The notes: generated by a model not told the origin, from the letters alone. Counted from the first letter of the stretch, positions 1-12,626 are shown. The stretch: 64,000 bases of DNA from Squalus acanthias (GCA_030390025.1 CM059432.1:88600001-88664000); one strand, 5' to 3'. Numbers and translations are program-made.

Positions 1-330
1 TTTTGTTATCACGGAAGAGGTCAATGAATGTAGAACGGTTCAGAATGAACGCATCACAGCAGCTGCCAGCATGCCTAGCATTCACATTCAGGACCTCCTG
101 ATTAACATTGCAGATAAGCACAACATTCAGTGAATGGAACCCCTTCCTGTTCACGAGTGTCAGTGCAACTTCTTTTGGCACCTTCTGTGGCACTTGTGTG
201 TCATTTATGGCACCCTGCACCCTGGGGATCCAGCAATGAGGAGTCCCCAGCCCTCCTGCTCCTCCTGGCTTCACATCAAAATTAAAAAATCTAATTTTTT
301 GGTGGAAGCTGCATGCTAGGCTGCATCTAT
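1..330 (-). pseudogene. Degenerate Harbinger (HARBI1-like DDE) transposase core fragment, running off the left edge of the window
   Basis: Manual minus-strand translation gives IAGSPRVQGAINDTQV...LVNRKGFHSLNVVLICN...VNARHAGSCDAFIL. This matches the [15 protein letters not shown]...[14 protein letters not shown]...[10 protein letters not shown] core of the transposase at 45497-46712. Confidence 0.8.
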
Positions 331-339
331 AGCAATAAA

Positions 340-600
340 GCTTGACCGGAGCAGGCCTGGCAGCCCAATTTTCAGAGGGGTCCTAAAACCAGTGCTAGGC
401 CCCATATTAGCATATACAAGAGGACTAACGCCTATTTTAAGTGGTCACCTCGGACACCTGAAAAATGGCTTGACCCAGTATCAGGTCAGAGGTCATTCAT
501 GCATCCTTGGGAGCAGGACGTTGGCCCTTCACACCGAGGTCCAATTTTACAGGCGAATATATTTAGGGAAGTAAAATTTGTTTACGCTGAAGTTCTGTCA
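340..600. mobile_element. Fragment of a non-autonomous DNA transposon (MITE-like)
   Basis: 355-420 resembles the reverse complement of 9397-9462 (cagccca.ttt...tgctaggcccc..at.tgcatat). The ends are not resolved. Confidence 0.4.
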
Positions 601-616
601 AAAGAGGATTCTTATT

Positions 617-1190
617 ATAGGAACATAGGAACAGGAGTAGGCCATTTAGCCCCTCAAGCCTGCTCCGCCATTCAATCAGATCATGGCTGATCTGTACCTC
701 AACTCCATTTACCTGCCTTTGCTCTAAATCCTTGATACCCTTACCTAAATTTTTTTTATCTATCTCAGTCTCGAAGGCTTCAATTGACCCAGCATCCACA
801 GGCTTTTGGTGGATTGAGTTCCAGATTTTTACTACCCTTTGTGTGAAAAACTTCTTCTTGATTTCCCTCCTAAATGGCTTAGCTCTAATTTTAAGATTAT
901 ATTCCCTCGTTCTTGATTCCTCCATCAGACAAAATAGTTTCTCTGTAACTACCTTATCGAATCCTTTTAAAATGTTAAACACCTTGATTAAATAACCCCT
1001 AAATCCTATAAACTCAAAGGAATACAACCCAAGTTTACGCAACCTGTCCTCATAATTTAACCCTCTAATCCCAGTATTCTGGTGAATCTGCACTACACCT
1101 CCTCTGAGACCAATATATCCTTCCTGAGATGTTGTGTCCAAAACTGAACGCAGTGCTCCAGATGGGGTCTGACCAAGGCTCTATACAATT
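617..1190 (-). mobile_element. CR1 LINE, 5'-truncated 3' fragment
   Basis: ORF 563..1141 contains the CR1 ORF2 C-terminus (YEDRLRKLGLYS...FFTQRVVKIWN). It is followed by the CR1 3'UTR and a (ataggaac)n tail at 617-632. Confidence 0.92.
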
Positions 1191-1214
1191 GACCAAGGTT
1201 CTATACCCAGCACT

Positions 1215-1790
1215 CTATTTCTTGGATGATATTTCAGCAAGTGACAAGCATAGTATCTTTGGCAGTTCATTGTCATTTGGCAAGTCAAAGTCCAGCATAA
1301 GGCAAAGCTCTCTCACAACACACCTGTTGAATCTTAGCCTACACATACACTGTTCCTCAAACAGGTCTTTTATTTGCACCCTTGCCTGTATATGCATTTT
1401 GAGGGCAATGGTGGATGGGAGCAGTCCCCCTATGGTGCCATCTCACGTGCCTGGCATTCTTCAGTTCTTCTTCCTCTTCTGACAAATAATAAGTACCGCT
1501 TGATTCCCATAGTGACACCCATTGTTCCAATTTGTAGATGGAGAGCAAAAAATTGGTGACTCAAAACACTTGCCACAAGCCACTTTCAACCACTGAATTG
1601 GCTAAAAGAAATGACGTGGTGAAAAAAACTAACCAAGAACAATATCAAAAATGGATTCAAAAGCAGATAGGCAAAATTATATGGGCAAAATTAAGAAACA
1701 GTGAGAGCAGTTTTCAACTTTGCCACCTGGGCAGTGACCTAGTGGCAAAGATTGCCTTCCCATTGTAGAACCCGTCCAATTTTCATCCCA
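1215..1790 (-). pseudogene. N-terminal part and probable terminus of the same old Harbinger element as 1-330
   Basis: ORF 1215..1397 EEQCMCRLRFNRCVVRELC matches [19 protein letters not shown] in the other transposase. A TIR-like ccaattttcatccc lies at about 1776-1789. Confidence 0.6.
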
Positions 1791-2365
1791 TTAATCTCAT
1801 CTGTTCTAATAAAATCAGACTCAATGGCTGGAATTTTCCAGGGTGGTAGCGGGTGAGATCGGTGGCGGGTCGGGTGGGAAAGTTGTTATTTTTGGGAGCG
1901 GGTCAGGAACCCGCTATCATCCCACTCCCATGCTCCTTTCCCCCAGGCATGTCTGGCAGCGCGGACCCGACCCAACTAGCAGAGGCGGGCGACCCAATTT
2001 AAATTATTAATAGCTAGTTGTCAGACCTTTAAGAGTGGGTTTAACCTTACCTTTTAAATTTAACTGGATGGCCACGCGAAACACGTTGCTCGGGAACCAC
2101 GTCTGTCAACCTGAGGCGGGAGTTGAGTGGCCATTGCTCCAGCTGAATAGTTGACAGCATGAAATGTAGTATAAAAGCTCCCACCTGACAGATGATCACT
2201 TTCCTCAGCAGAAGCTGTTTCTCATTGCATTCCCAGCACAGATTCTGCAGGCTGCAGTCTTTCCAGTAAAGTCTCCATCCAGTGTCACCTCATTGAAAGA
2301 ACCTCTCTCACCATTAACAGATTGCTTCTGTCATCTCTACTTCACCTGCCATCTATTCCATCAGC

Positions 2366-2580
2366 ATGGGTGCCGTTTATACTGTATCACTTGGTCCTCA
2401 GAACCTGACCACGATCAGCCCCAACACCAGCAGCACCAGGCACACCAGCAGCACCAACAACAACACCAATCTTCTGCGCAATCACCTGATGCTGCACAGG
2501 GCAGAGGGCATCAGCACCCAAGCACATTGCTGCCCGGGAGGCCAGGGATGGCCTCACCATGGCCAGATTTACTTCACTTG
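2366..2580 (+). pseudogene. Harbinger transposase remnant: N-terminal Q-rich leader fused directly to the C-terminus, DDE core deleted
   Basis: WSSEPDHDQPQHQQHQ...SPDAAQGRG matches [14 protein letters not shown]...TPDAAQGRG in the ORF starting at 46712. It is immediately followed by REARDGLTMARFT, which matches the C-terminal HEARDTLIHARFA. Confidence 0.8.
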
Positions 2581-3240
2581 ACTCTGTACACCCTGGCTGA
2601 CACGTGATGCGCCAGTTGGCACCACCCCACAGCAACACCAAAAATGCATCCCTGCAATGACCAAGCCATTCCTTTCACACTCACCACCATTGTTGGAGGT
2701 ACCGTTATGTCTCACCATTCACAACAACTCACTAAGCCACTTACATAGGTGCACACAAATCTGTCCAAAAGTGTTGAAAATAAAGATTTTTATGTTTGAC
2801 AGCACATTAATGCAAAGTTTACATGAACATTGGATAAAACACCCAAGTGGCTACCCTTGTGAATCTACTTGTGTGTCATCTTTCTCTTCCTCATGCTTCT
2901 ACAAGGTGCTAGCCCTGTGGCTTCAGCAGAGGTAGAGGCAGCCTGCTCACTTCTCTGCTGCCAAGGAGCTGGAGAGCACCATGCTGCACATCAGTGGGGC
3001 CATAAGGACCCATGTTTACGTTGACATCCCTCCTAGAGAGGAGGTCTATGAGTCTCTGCCATCTATTCTCCATACATAGCCATCTATCCTCCATAGATAG
3101 CCATCTATTCTCCATAGAGACCATGTGCTCATGTGAGTGGTGCATTAGCTGCTCCATGCAGGTGGCCATCCTATCCATGGGGGAGCCTACAGTCGCCATC
3201 GCCTGCGACACGGTGGTGCTCATGTTGGAGATGGACTCCT

Positions 3241-4576
3241 AGAATCATAGAATCATAGAAAGTTACAGCACGGAAGGAGGCCATTTCGGCCCATCGTGTC
3301 CACGCTAGCCAACAAAGAGCTATCCAGCCTAATCCCACTTCCCAGCTCTTGGTCCGTAGCCCTGCAGGTTACAGCATCCCAAGTGCACATCCAAGTACTT
3401 TTTAAATGTGGTTAGGGTTTCTGCCTCTACCACCCTTTCAGGCAGTGAGTTTCAGACCCCCACAACCCTCTGGGTGAAGAAATTTCCACTCAAATACCCT
3501 CTAAACCTTCCACCAATTACTTTAAATCTGTGCCCCCTGGTTTTTGACCCTTCTGCTAAGGGAAATAGGTTCTTTCTATCCACTTTATCTAGGCCCCTCA
3601 TAATTTTATACACCTCAATAAGGTCTCCCCTCAGCCTCCTCTGTTCCAAGGAAAACAAACCCAGCCTATCCAGTCTTTCCTCATAGCTAAGATTCTCTAC
3701 TCCCGGCAACATCTTTGTAAATCTCCTCTGTACCCTCTCTAGTACAATCACATCTTTCCTGTAATGTGGTGACCAGAACTGCACGCACAACTCTAGCTGA
3801 GGCCTAACTAGTGTTTTATACAGTTGAAGCATAACCCCCCTGCTCTTGTATTCTAGGGCACGGCTAATAAAGGCAAGCATTCCGTATGCCTTCTTAATCA
3901 TCTTATCTACCTGGCCTGCTACCTTCAGGGATCTGTGGACATGCTCTCCAAGGTCTCTTTGTTCCTCTACACTACTCAGTGTCCTACCATTTAATGTGTA
4001 TTCCCTTTCCTTGTTAGCCCTCCCCAAATGCATTACCTCACACTTCTCCGGATTGAATTCCATTTGCCACTGTTCTGCCCACCTGACCAATTTATTGATA
4101 TCTTCCTGCAGTCTACAGCTTCCTTCTTCAGTATCAACCACATAGCCGATTTTAGTATCATCTGCAAACTTCTTAATCATACCCCCTATATTCAAGTCTA
4201 GATCATTGATATATACCACAAAAAGCAAGGGACCTAGTACTGAACCCTGCAGAATTCCACTGGAAACAGTCTTCCAGTCACAAAAACACCCATCCACCAT
4301 TACCCTCTGCTTCCTGCCTCCGAGCCAGTTTTGAATCCAACTTAACACTTTGCCCTGGATCCCATGGACTTTTAACTTTGTGACCAGTCTGCCATGTGGA
4401 ACCTTATCAAAAGCCTTGCTAAAGTCCATACACACTACATCAGGCTCTCTTTTCCTGCAAGGAGGGAAAGAAGAGAAGGTTGAGTGAGAGCGATGGAATG
4501 ATTGTAAGGAATGGATGGGTTATATCTGTAAACGCACTACCCTCATCTACCCTCCTTGTTAGGGTAGATGAGGGTA
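3241..4576 (-). mobile_element. CR1 LINE, 5'-truncated (RT C-half plus 3'UTR), inserted in Myb exon 3
   Basis: ORF 3452..4435 contains DFSKAFDKV, LQGSVLGP and FADDTK. There is an (agaatcat)n tail at 3241 and a 7-bp TSD GACTCCT at 3234-3240 and 4577-4583. Confidence 0.95.
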
Positions 4577-5565
4577 GACTCCTCCATTCTCTGAACTTTT
4601 GCAGACATCACGCTCGCCAAACCTGTCAAAGCCTCCTGCACTTCTTGCTGCACCTCCAGGAACACCCGCTTTCTGGATGGCCCCCGAGGCTCAGCGTCTG
4701 CATGCAGCTGAGCAGAGCTGGGACCATCCTGCACCCTCTGGCAAGGACTCTCCACTGCTGTCCCTGTCTCCACCATCTGTTCTTGCTCGCTTGTGAGTTG
4801 TGAGACACCAGGTAACAACACTACTCTATCTCGCGTGGCACCCACCCAGGTGTGCGTATCTGCGCTGGTGCTGGGTGCGCTTATGTCTGGTGATGGTGCG
4901 CCCTCAGAGGCTGGAGGCTCCTCTGAGGAGTCGTTTTGCTCTTCCTCCTGGACAGTTGGGGTGGGGGGAGCTCTTGATGGACCTGTGAAGAGTAAAGAGA
5001 TGAGTTAGATATATCATTTGAAGAATGGTTACAGATACCATTATGCACATGATGACCATTCAGTGGCTGCTGACATCAGTGCCCATATGAGTGACTGATT
5101 TACACCATGTAGCTGTATGATATATAATTCTGTCACCAGGTTGCTGAGATGTCCCCTCTCTCTGTCTCCCACCTCCAGCTGCTCGGCGACTCCAGATATT
5201 TTGAAAGCAGCCTCCTCTGCTGTTGTAAGGTTTGCAAATGATGGAGGGCCACTGCCAGTTCTCCCCCTCTCCCTCTTATTTTGGGCTGTCTTTTCCTGCA
5301 AGGAGGGAAAGAAGAGAAGGTTGAGTGAGACCGATGGAATGAGTGTAAGGAATGGATGGGTTACATCTGTAGAGGGAGAATATGAGGGAGTGTTGTGCAA
5401 ATGCCAAATGGCCTCCTTGTGTGTTGTTAGTTGGTATGATTGCATGAGGATGAGGGTGAGTGTGAGGGGTGGTTAGTCAGATGGGGATGTGATAATGTAG
5501 ATAGAGAGAGAGAGATGGGTGGACGTGCAAGGTATCTTGGTGTGAGTAAGGATGTGCAGGGGTTG

Positions 5566-8561
5566 AAACATAGAAACATAGAAGATAGGAGCAGGAGTAG
5601 GCCATTCGGCCCCTCAAGCCTGTTCCACCATTTAATGAGATCATGGCTGATCATCCAAATTCAGTACCCTGTCCCTGCTTTCTCCCCATATCCCTTGATC
5701 CCTTTAGTCTTAAGAAATATATCTAACTCCTTCTTGAATATAATTAATGAATTGGCCTCAACTGCCTTGTGTGGTAGAGAATTCCACAGGTTCACCACTC
5801 TCTGGGTGAAGAAATTCCTCCTCATCTCAGTCCTAAATGGCTTACCCCTTATCCTTAGACTGTGACCCCTGGTTCTGGACTCCCCCGCCATCGGGAACAT
5901 CCTTCCTGCATCTAGTCTGTCTAGTCCTGTTAGAATTTTATAAGTTTCAATGAGACCCCCTCTCATTCTTCTAAACTCTAGCGAATATAAGCCTAATCGA
6001 CCCAATCTCTCCTCATACGTCATTCTTGCCATCCCAGGTATCAGTCTGGTGAATCTTTGCTGCACTCTCTCCATGGCAAGAACATCCTTCCTCAAATAAG
6101 GTGACCAAAACTGCACACAATACTCAAGGTGTGGTCTCACCAAGGCCTGTACAACTGCAGCAAGACATCCTTGCTCCTGTACTCGAATCCTCTCGCTATG
6201 AAGGCCAACATACCATTTGCCTTCTTAACCACCTGCTGCACTTGCATGCTTACCTTCAGCGACTGGTGCACAAGGACACCCAGGTCTCGTTGCACTTCCC
6301 CTTTTCCCAATCTATTGCCGTTCAGATAATAATCTGTCTTCCTGTTTTTGCCACCAAAGTGGATAACCTCGCATTTATCCACATTATACTGCATCTGCCA
6401 TGTATCTGCCCAATCACCCAACCTGTCCAAATCATACTGGAGTTTCTCTGCATCCTCCTCACAGCACACACACACACACAGCTTTGTGTCATCTGCAAAC
6501 TTGGAGATATTACATCTAGTTCCCTCTTCTAGATCATTTATATATATTGTGAATAGCTGGGGTCCTAGCACCGATCCCTGCGGTACCCCACTAGTCACTG
6601 CCTGCCACTCAGAAAAAGACCCATTTATTCCAACTCTTTGCTTCCTGTCTGCCAACCAGTTCTCTATCCAAGACAGTACCTTACCCCCAATCCCGTGTGC
6701 TTTAACTTTGCACGCTAATCTCTTATGTGGGACCTTATCGAAAGCCTTCTGAAAGTCCAAATACACCACATCCACTGGTTCTCACTTATCTATTCTACCA
6801 GTTACATCCTCAAAAAATTCCAGTAGATTAGTCAAGCATGATTTACCTTTCATAAATCCATGTTGACTTTGTCCTGATCCTGTCACTGTTTTCCAAGTGC
6901 TCTGCTATTACATCTTTTATAATGAACTCTAACATTTTCCCGATTACCGATGTCAGAATTACCAGTCTATAATTCTCCGTTTTCTCTCTACCACCTTTTT
7001 TAAATAGTGGGGTTACATTAGCTATTCTCCAATCCATGGGAATTGTACCAGAGTCTATAGAATTTTGGAAGATGACCAGCAATGCATCTACTATTTCTAG
7101 GGCCACTTCCTTAAGTACCCTAGGATGTAGATTATCAGGCCCTGGGGATTTATCGGCCTTCAATCCCGTCAATTTCTCTAACACCATTTCCGTACAAATA
7201 CTGATTTCATTCAGTTCCTCCCTCTCATTTGACCCTATGTTCCCCGACATCTCTGGGAGGTTATTTGTGTCCTCCTTTGTGAAGACAGAAACAAAGTATG
7301 TATTTAATTGGTCTACCATTTCTTTGTTCCCCATTATAAATTCCCCTGATTCTGACTGCAAGGGACCTACACTTGACTTCACCAATCTTTTTCTCTTCAC
7401 ATATCTATAGAAGCTTTTACAGTCAGTTTTTATGTTCCCTGCAAGCTTACTCTCATAATCTATTTTCCCCCTCTTAATTAATCCCTTTGTCCTCCTTTGC
7501 TGACTCTTAAACTGCTCCCAATCCTCAGGTTTGCTGCTTTTTCTGGCCAATTGATATGTCCTCTCCTTGGATCTTATGCTATTCCTAATTTCCCTTGTTA
7601 GCCACGGTTGAGTCACCTTTTTTGTTTTATTTTTATGCCAAACAGGGATGAACAAATTCTGTAGTTCATCCATGCGATCTTTAAATGTTTGCCATTGCCT
7701 ATCCACCGTCAACCCTTTAAGTAATGTTCCCCAATCCATCCTAGCCAACTCATGCCTCATACCATCATAGTTTCCTTTATTTAAATTCAGGACCCTCGTC
7801 TCTGAGTCAACTACTTCACTCTCCATTTTAATGAAGAATTCTATCATATTATGATCGCTCCTCCTCAAGGGGCCTCGCATAACAAGATTGCTAATTAATC
7901 CTTTCTCATTACATAATACCCAGTCTAAGATGGCCTGATCTCTAGTTGGTTCCTCAACATATTGGTCCAGGAAACCATCCCGTATACACTCTAGGAATTC
8001 CTCCTCCACAGTATTGTTACTAATTTGGTTAGCCCAATCTATATGTAGATTAAAGTCACCCATGATAACTGCTGTGCCCTTATTGCACGCGTCTCTAATT
8101 TCCCGTTTAATGCCATCCTCAACCTCAGCATTACTGTTTGGGGGTCTGTATACAACTCCCACTAACGTTTTCCGCCCCTGGGTATTTCTCAGCTCTGCCC
8201 ATACCGATTTCACATCATCAGAGCTAATATCCTTCCTTACTATTGTGTTAATCTCCTCTTTAACCAGCAATGCTACCCCACCTCCTTTTCCTTTTTTCCA
8301 GTCCTTCCTGAATATTGAATACCCCTGGATGTTGAATTCCCAGACTTGGTCATCCTGGAGCCATGTCTCCGTAATCCCAATTATATCATATCCGTTTACA
8401 TCTATTTGTGCAGCTAATTCATCCACCTTATTACGAATGCTCCTCGCATTAAGACACAAAGCCTTCAGGCTTGATTTTTTAAAACTCTTAGTCCTTTTAG
8501 AATTATTATTTACTGTGGCCCTGTTTGATTTACACCCTTGATTTCTCTGCCTTCCACTTTT
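5566..8561 (-). mobile_element. CR1 LINE with near-complete but frameshifted ORF2 (APE endonuclease plus RT), in Myb intron 1
   Basis: Motifs NARSIRNK, GITETW, YRPPN, MGDFN, SDH (endonuclease) and KSPGPD, DFQKAFDKV, PQGSVLGP, FADD (RT) lie across ORFs 6843..8732, 6137..6775 and 5661..6143. There is an (aaacatag)n tail. Confidence 0.95.
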
Positions 8562-9289
8562 GGGTTGGGAAGGCAGAGTGATGGGAATGTGATGCGAGAC
8601 ACAGCAGGATGAAGGTGAGTGTGGCTTTGTACTCACGTTTCCTGATCTAATGAGATCAATGAAACATTTGCGGCACTGCACCCAGGTCCTCCTGACCACA
8701 TCCCTGCTGGTGACCTCCTCTGCAATGTGCAACCAGGCTGTTTTGGTGTTCTGGGGAGTCTCTTCCCCCCATTGGAAGGGAAGAGGACCTCCCTGCGTGC
8801 TGTGACTCCCTCCATAAGCATATGGAGGGAGTCATCGGAAAACCTGGGTGCAGCCCTCTGCCTCTGTGCAGTAAGTTTCAGTGTTTGCAGCACTCCATTG
8901 CTGTAGTGCACTGACAGCATTATGTTACATTGACATTTAAATCCATTGTGGCCATCGTCCCTTTAAATATCCTAGCTGAAAATGCGTCATCGATGATGTC
9001 ACCAGACCCGCATCATTTAATTGGGCCGGGTAATGTGCAGGGCGGGCTTAATAGGCCCTATTCAGGGAAAGCTATTTTTAGCAGTGGGATGGAGCCAGCA
9101 GCGGGGTCGCGACCCATCATGGCACCACCCCCACTGGTGGACCCGCCCAGGTAGGGAAAATTGCGGCCAATTTTTCCAAGTCTCTGTATTTCCTCATACC
9201 AGGCAACATCCGAGTGAATCTGTACTGTACTTTACTCCATTTTTCTCAACATCTTTCTTACACTGCAAGTGCAGGACCAGCACCCAAGA

Positions 9290-9982
9290 CTCTAATCTGG
9301 CGGAAGGTAGCGTGTGCTCATTATGAGCCAGATTGTGCTGCCCCCATATTGGTATAGGTAAAAGAATAGGCGTCCAAGGCCAGTTTCTGAAACAGGCTCT
9401 TTGCATATGCAAATGGGGGGCCTAACACCTGCTGGAGGCTCCCTGTGTAAAAATGGGCTGCCCTGAATGCAGGTGGCGCAGGCCCGGCTGTGTTCAGGAT
9501 AACCAGGTCTACATGCAGCCAAACCAATGGCCCTTAAAGGATTTGTCTGAATGTGCAGCCAAGATATGGAAGAGTCCTTCTCCCAACTGCAGTCTAATAG
9601 ACAATTACAGGCCACTGATCTCTCCCTCCCCATCCCGAACATTGCCTCCCTCTGCCGATCACCCCGCCACTCTCCCAGTCACCACCCCCCCCAGGATCAT
9701 ATTCCACCCTCCCAGTCACCCTCCCTCCCGATCGACTCCTCTTCCCCTTTAACGACCTATCTGAGGGCTGTTGCTGGTGAAGCAACAGTTCGAAACTCAA
9801 AGCCTTCTTGCTGGCAAGCTGCCCTGGGGACGCCCGGTAGGTGTCCGCAGCTCGCTGTTCTCATTTATAGGAGGCACGAGTCCCAATATTGGGTGGGCCT
9901 AAGGCCTACACATTCCAACGCAGAAATTGTTCCCTGCGCTGAGTTCGCGCTGGCTGATCAGCTCAAAAGAATTTTTAGGCCT
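9290..9982. mobile_element. Degenerate Harbinger-type MITE
   Basis: GC/CpG-rich island with a TIR-like right end gaatttttaggcc and similarity to 355-420. The left end is uncertain. Confidence 0.5.
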
Positions 9983-10024
9983 CTGTGTTGTGAATTTTAT
10001 GATTCTAAATATTAAACATCATTA

Positions 10025-10130
10025 ATAAAAACAAAAATGCTAGAAAAACACAGCAGGTCCATCAGCATCTGTAAAGAGAAAAGACAGATTAATGTTTTGG
10101 GTTTGGACCCTTTGTCGGAACTGAAAGATT
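10025..10130 (+). repeat. Short interspersed repeat fragment (resembles a Penelope-like element terminus)
   Basis: aaaatgctagaaaaacacagcaggtccatcagcatctgt... is similar to 26757-26825 plus 28605-28637. The class is assigned from recall only. Confidence 0.45.
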
Positions 10131-11015
10131 CATGAGCCTTTTAATACAACTGATAAAGGGAGGGGAGGAAGAGAGGTTATAGGTGACATGCCAGACAGGT
10201 TCTCTGAAAAAGAAAAGTATTCTGCTTATTTATTCGGTAAAAAGAGAAAGCACAAAGTGACTGCTACCTAAATGATTTTAGGTTGACGAGACAATAAATA
10301 TTCTATAAATAGGGAAGACAAGATGACTTGCTCATTAAAATGTATTTGCACCAGTTTCTTCTTGGGACTTCTAATTAAACTTGTTATTGGTCGTAAGGTT
10401 ATTATTGAACACTGTAAGTCCCTGTAAATATCCGCTATTAATATGATGCTATCAGTATTTTGATACTAGAAATAGTGTGCAATTAGAGTTGGAGTTGTTT
10501 GTATGCATGATAAATATACCTTTCATGTTAGCATTTAATTGGTGCTTAAATACAGTAGATGTTCATTTTTAATCTTCTGTCTCCGATATAAATTGGAGAC
10601 ATTCTATAACGATGCAGGTCTTGTAGAGCTTGTGTAACTTGTGGCAAAATTTGTTCTATTTAAGTGGATTTACCTCTCTACGACTCAACATTGTATTAGT
10701 TAGTACCTATTCTAGGAGAAGCCTAACTTAATGTATGTAATGTTTGAAGGAAATGCCTAATTTAATTTATGCATCTTGTTTGTACAATCAAATCCTTACA
10801 ATTTTCACTCTATGGGATGCAGGGCCATTGGATCTAATGGTTGTGTTTGGTAATTGTTTAATAATAACAACTTGCAGTTAAGATAGCAAAACATCCCAAG
10901 GCACTTCGCAGGAATGTCATGTCTCATATTTCTGTTGTAGCATTGACATGAAAAACAGTTTTATGGTGGGGTAAAAAATAGTTCACAATTTTTTCTACAC
11001 AATATGTGCGATCTT

Positions 11016-11641
11016 GGGATAGAAACTGGACTTCGTTGCACCCATTTTACAGGTGTAAAACAGGCACAATGAGGCCCAATTTCAGGGATCAACTTCCTGC
11101 GCTACAGAGACACCTGCAAAAAGTTCGAAATTGGGTCTGGCCATTTTTCAAGCATCCCTGGCGGCCGCGTAAACCAGGCGTTAGGTCCGTTACATATGAA
11201 AATGATGGACCCAACACCTATTTTATCTCCCCTCACGCAAATTGGGCAGAGATGAGCAGGCCAGGCACCGGGGCTGCCCCACACAGGGTTCTTCAGCAGC
11301 CACTGTGGCCTAAGCAGCAGCCACCAAACTAAAGGTCGGTTTTAAAACATTTTTAAGAAGCCTTCCTGTCGAGCCAGGTGGAGCAGGAGTGATTTCCCCG
11401 ATTCCACAGTCTGCGCAATCGCCCCCTCTCGGGATTTACCATCGGGTCGCTGCTGGCCAGGCAAGTGTCCCGATATTCCTTAATGTACAAGGCGCAAGCT
11501 GCCCATTGAGGCATGACAAGTGCTGGCAGCTCGCTCAAAAAATGTTAATAAGACCCGAGGCCCAATTTTGGATAGAGCGGCATTGTACGCCCAGTGCTGA
11601 TTCTGGGCCCCAAAAAACTGGCCTAGTCGAATTTCCACCCC
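11016..11641. mobile_element. Harbinger-type MITE
   Basis: Imperfect TIRs GGGATAGAAACTGGAC / GTCGAATTTCCACCCC; flanks CTT/TTT. Confidence 0.65.
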
Positions 11642-11682
11642 TTTTGTTTTCAAACAGGGTTTGGTGATTGGTGCTAAAAAAT

Positions 11683-12320
11683 GGGGTTGACGTTTTAGGC
11701 CACCTGCCCGGTGGAAACGTGTGCGAAAAGTGCTGGGCAAAGACCCACCGCCCAGTTCCCGCTGTGTCTGCAGCCGCGTCAATGCTCCCCGGGACCTAAT
11801 GTGGGTAGTCTGGAGTGGCCCCCTGAGTCAGGGGGTAGGTCCATTTAAAATTGGTGTCCTATGACGTACATAGGACACCAATTACCATTTTTGGACTGAA
11901 CTGGGTAGAAGATGCAACGTGCACGCTCCCACCAGTATCAGCTGGTGGTCCGGACGAAGAGGATTCCAAAGATAATTTTCTCTACTTTTTGAGAGGCCAG
12001 GAGAAGCAAGAGTGCTGCTCCAGCCTACACAAAAACAGCCTGGGCTGCTGCCGCTCTAACTCACCCCCTCCCAACATCGCTCACCAAACCACCCCCCCAC
12101 CCCCAACTACTTTCTTCTGGCCAGGAGGCTGGCCGGGCCGCCCGATATTGCGACATCCTGGGCACTTGATCTCTGGGCACAGCCCATCGGAATGATGATC
12201 GTGAGGCCTGGACTTCAGAATGGACTGGGCCTCAAGCCGGGACTACTGGACAGCCGGTTGCCCACCAGCTGCCCGAAGTCCACTCATGGGGTGGGGGGAG
12301 GGGAGGGGGATCCTCCCCGC
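11683..12320. mobile_element. Degenerate GC-rich MITE-like repeat
   Basis: CpG-rich. It shares the tcctatgac..cataggacaccaa...ccattttg core with 37130-37170. The termini are not resolved. Confidence 0.45.
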
Positions 12321-12626
12321 AACATCTTGTGTGTCCTTACCTGGAACTGGATTTTCCAGTGAGTAACTTCTGACCATTGTTTCCTTTATAAGACCCGGGA
12401 ACAGATCGCCTGTCATCTAGATCTTGCATGGTTATTTTCTTTCAATTCCTATCTTAAAATCAAAGCATACTGAACATCTCAATAGAAATCAACGCAATGG
12501 CACATAATAAATGAATCAATAGTGTTTTGTAGTTCCTACGTTAAATATGGTGGATTGTAAAGATTTGTTCTGCTAATTAGCATTGTGGGTCTGTTATCGA
12601 TCCTAATGTTTGAACAAAAAGATATT

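Larger units (their letters stand above)
2909..8870 (-). pseudogene. Harbinger Myb/SANT-like DNA-binding gene (NAIF1/MSANTD-like), 3 exons (about 8870-8637, 5295-5137, 4982-2909), disrupted
   Basis: AAPRFSDDSLHMLMEGV...W..IAEEV...RTWVQCRK trihelix/Myb motif; exon 2 EKTAQNKRERGRTG; GT-AG sites visible. Frameshifts and CR1 insertions are present. Confidence 0.85.
1826..9168. mobile_element. PIF/Harbinger DNA transposon copy 1 (transposase internally deleted; Myb/SANT gene interrupted by two CR1 insertions)
   Basis: Imperfect TIRs GGCTGGAATTTTCC (1826) and GGAAAATTGCGGCC (ending 9168), with AAT on both flanks. Ends and coding remnants are homologous to the element at 42992-47252 in the opposite orientation. 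Confidence 0.88.
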
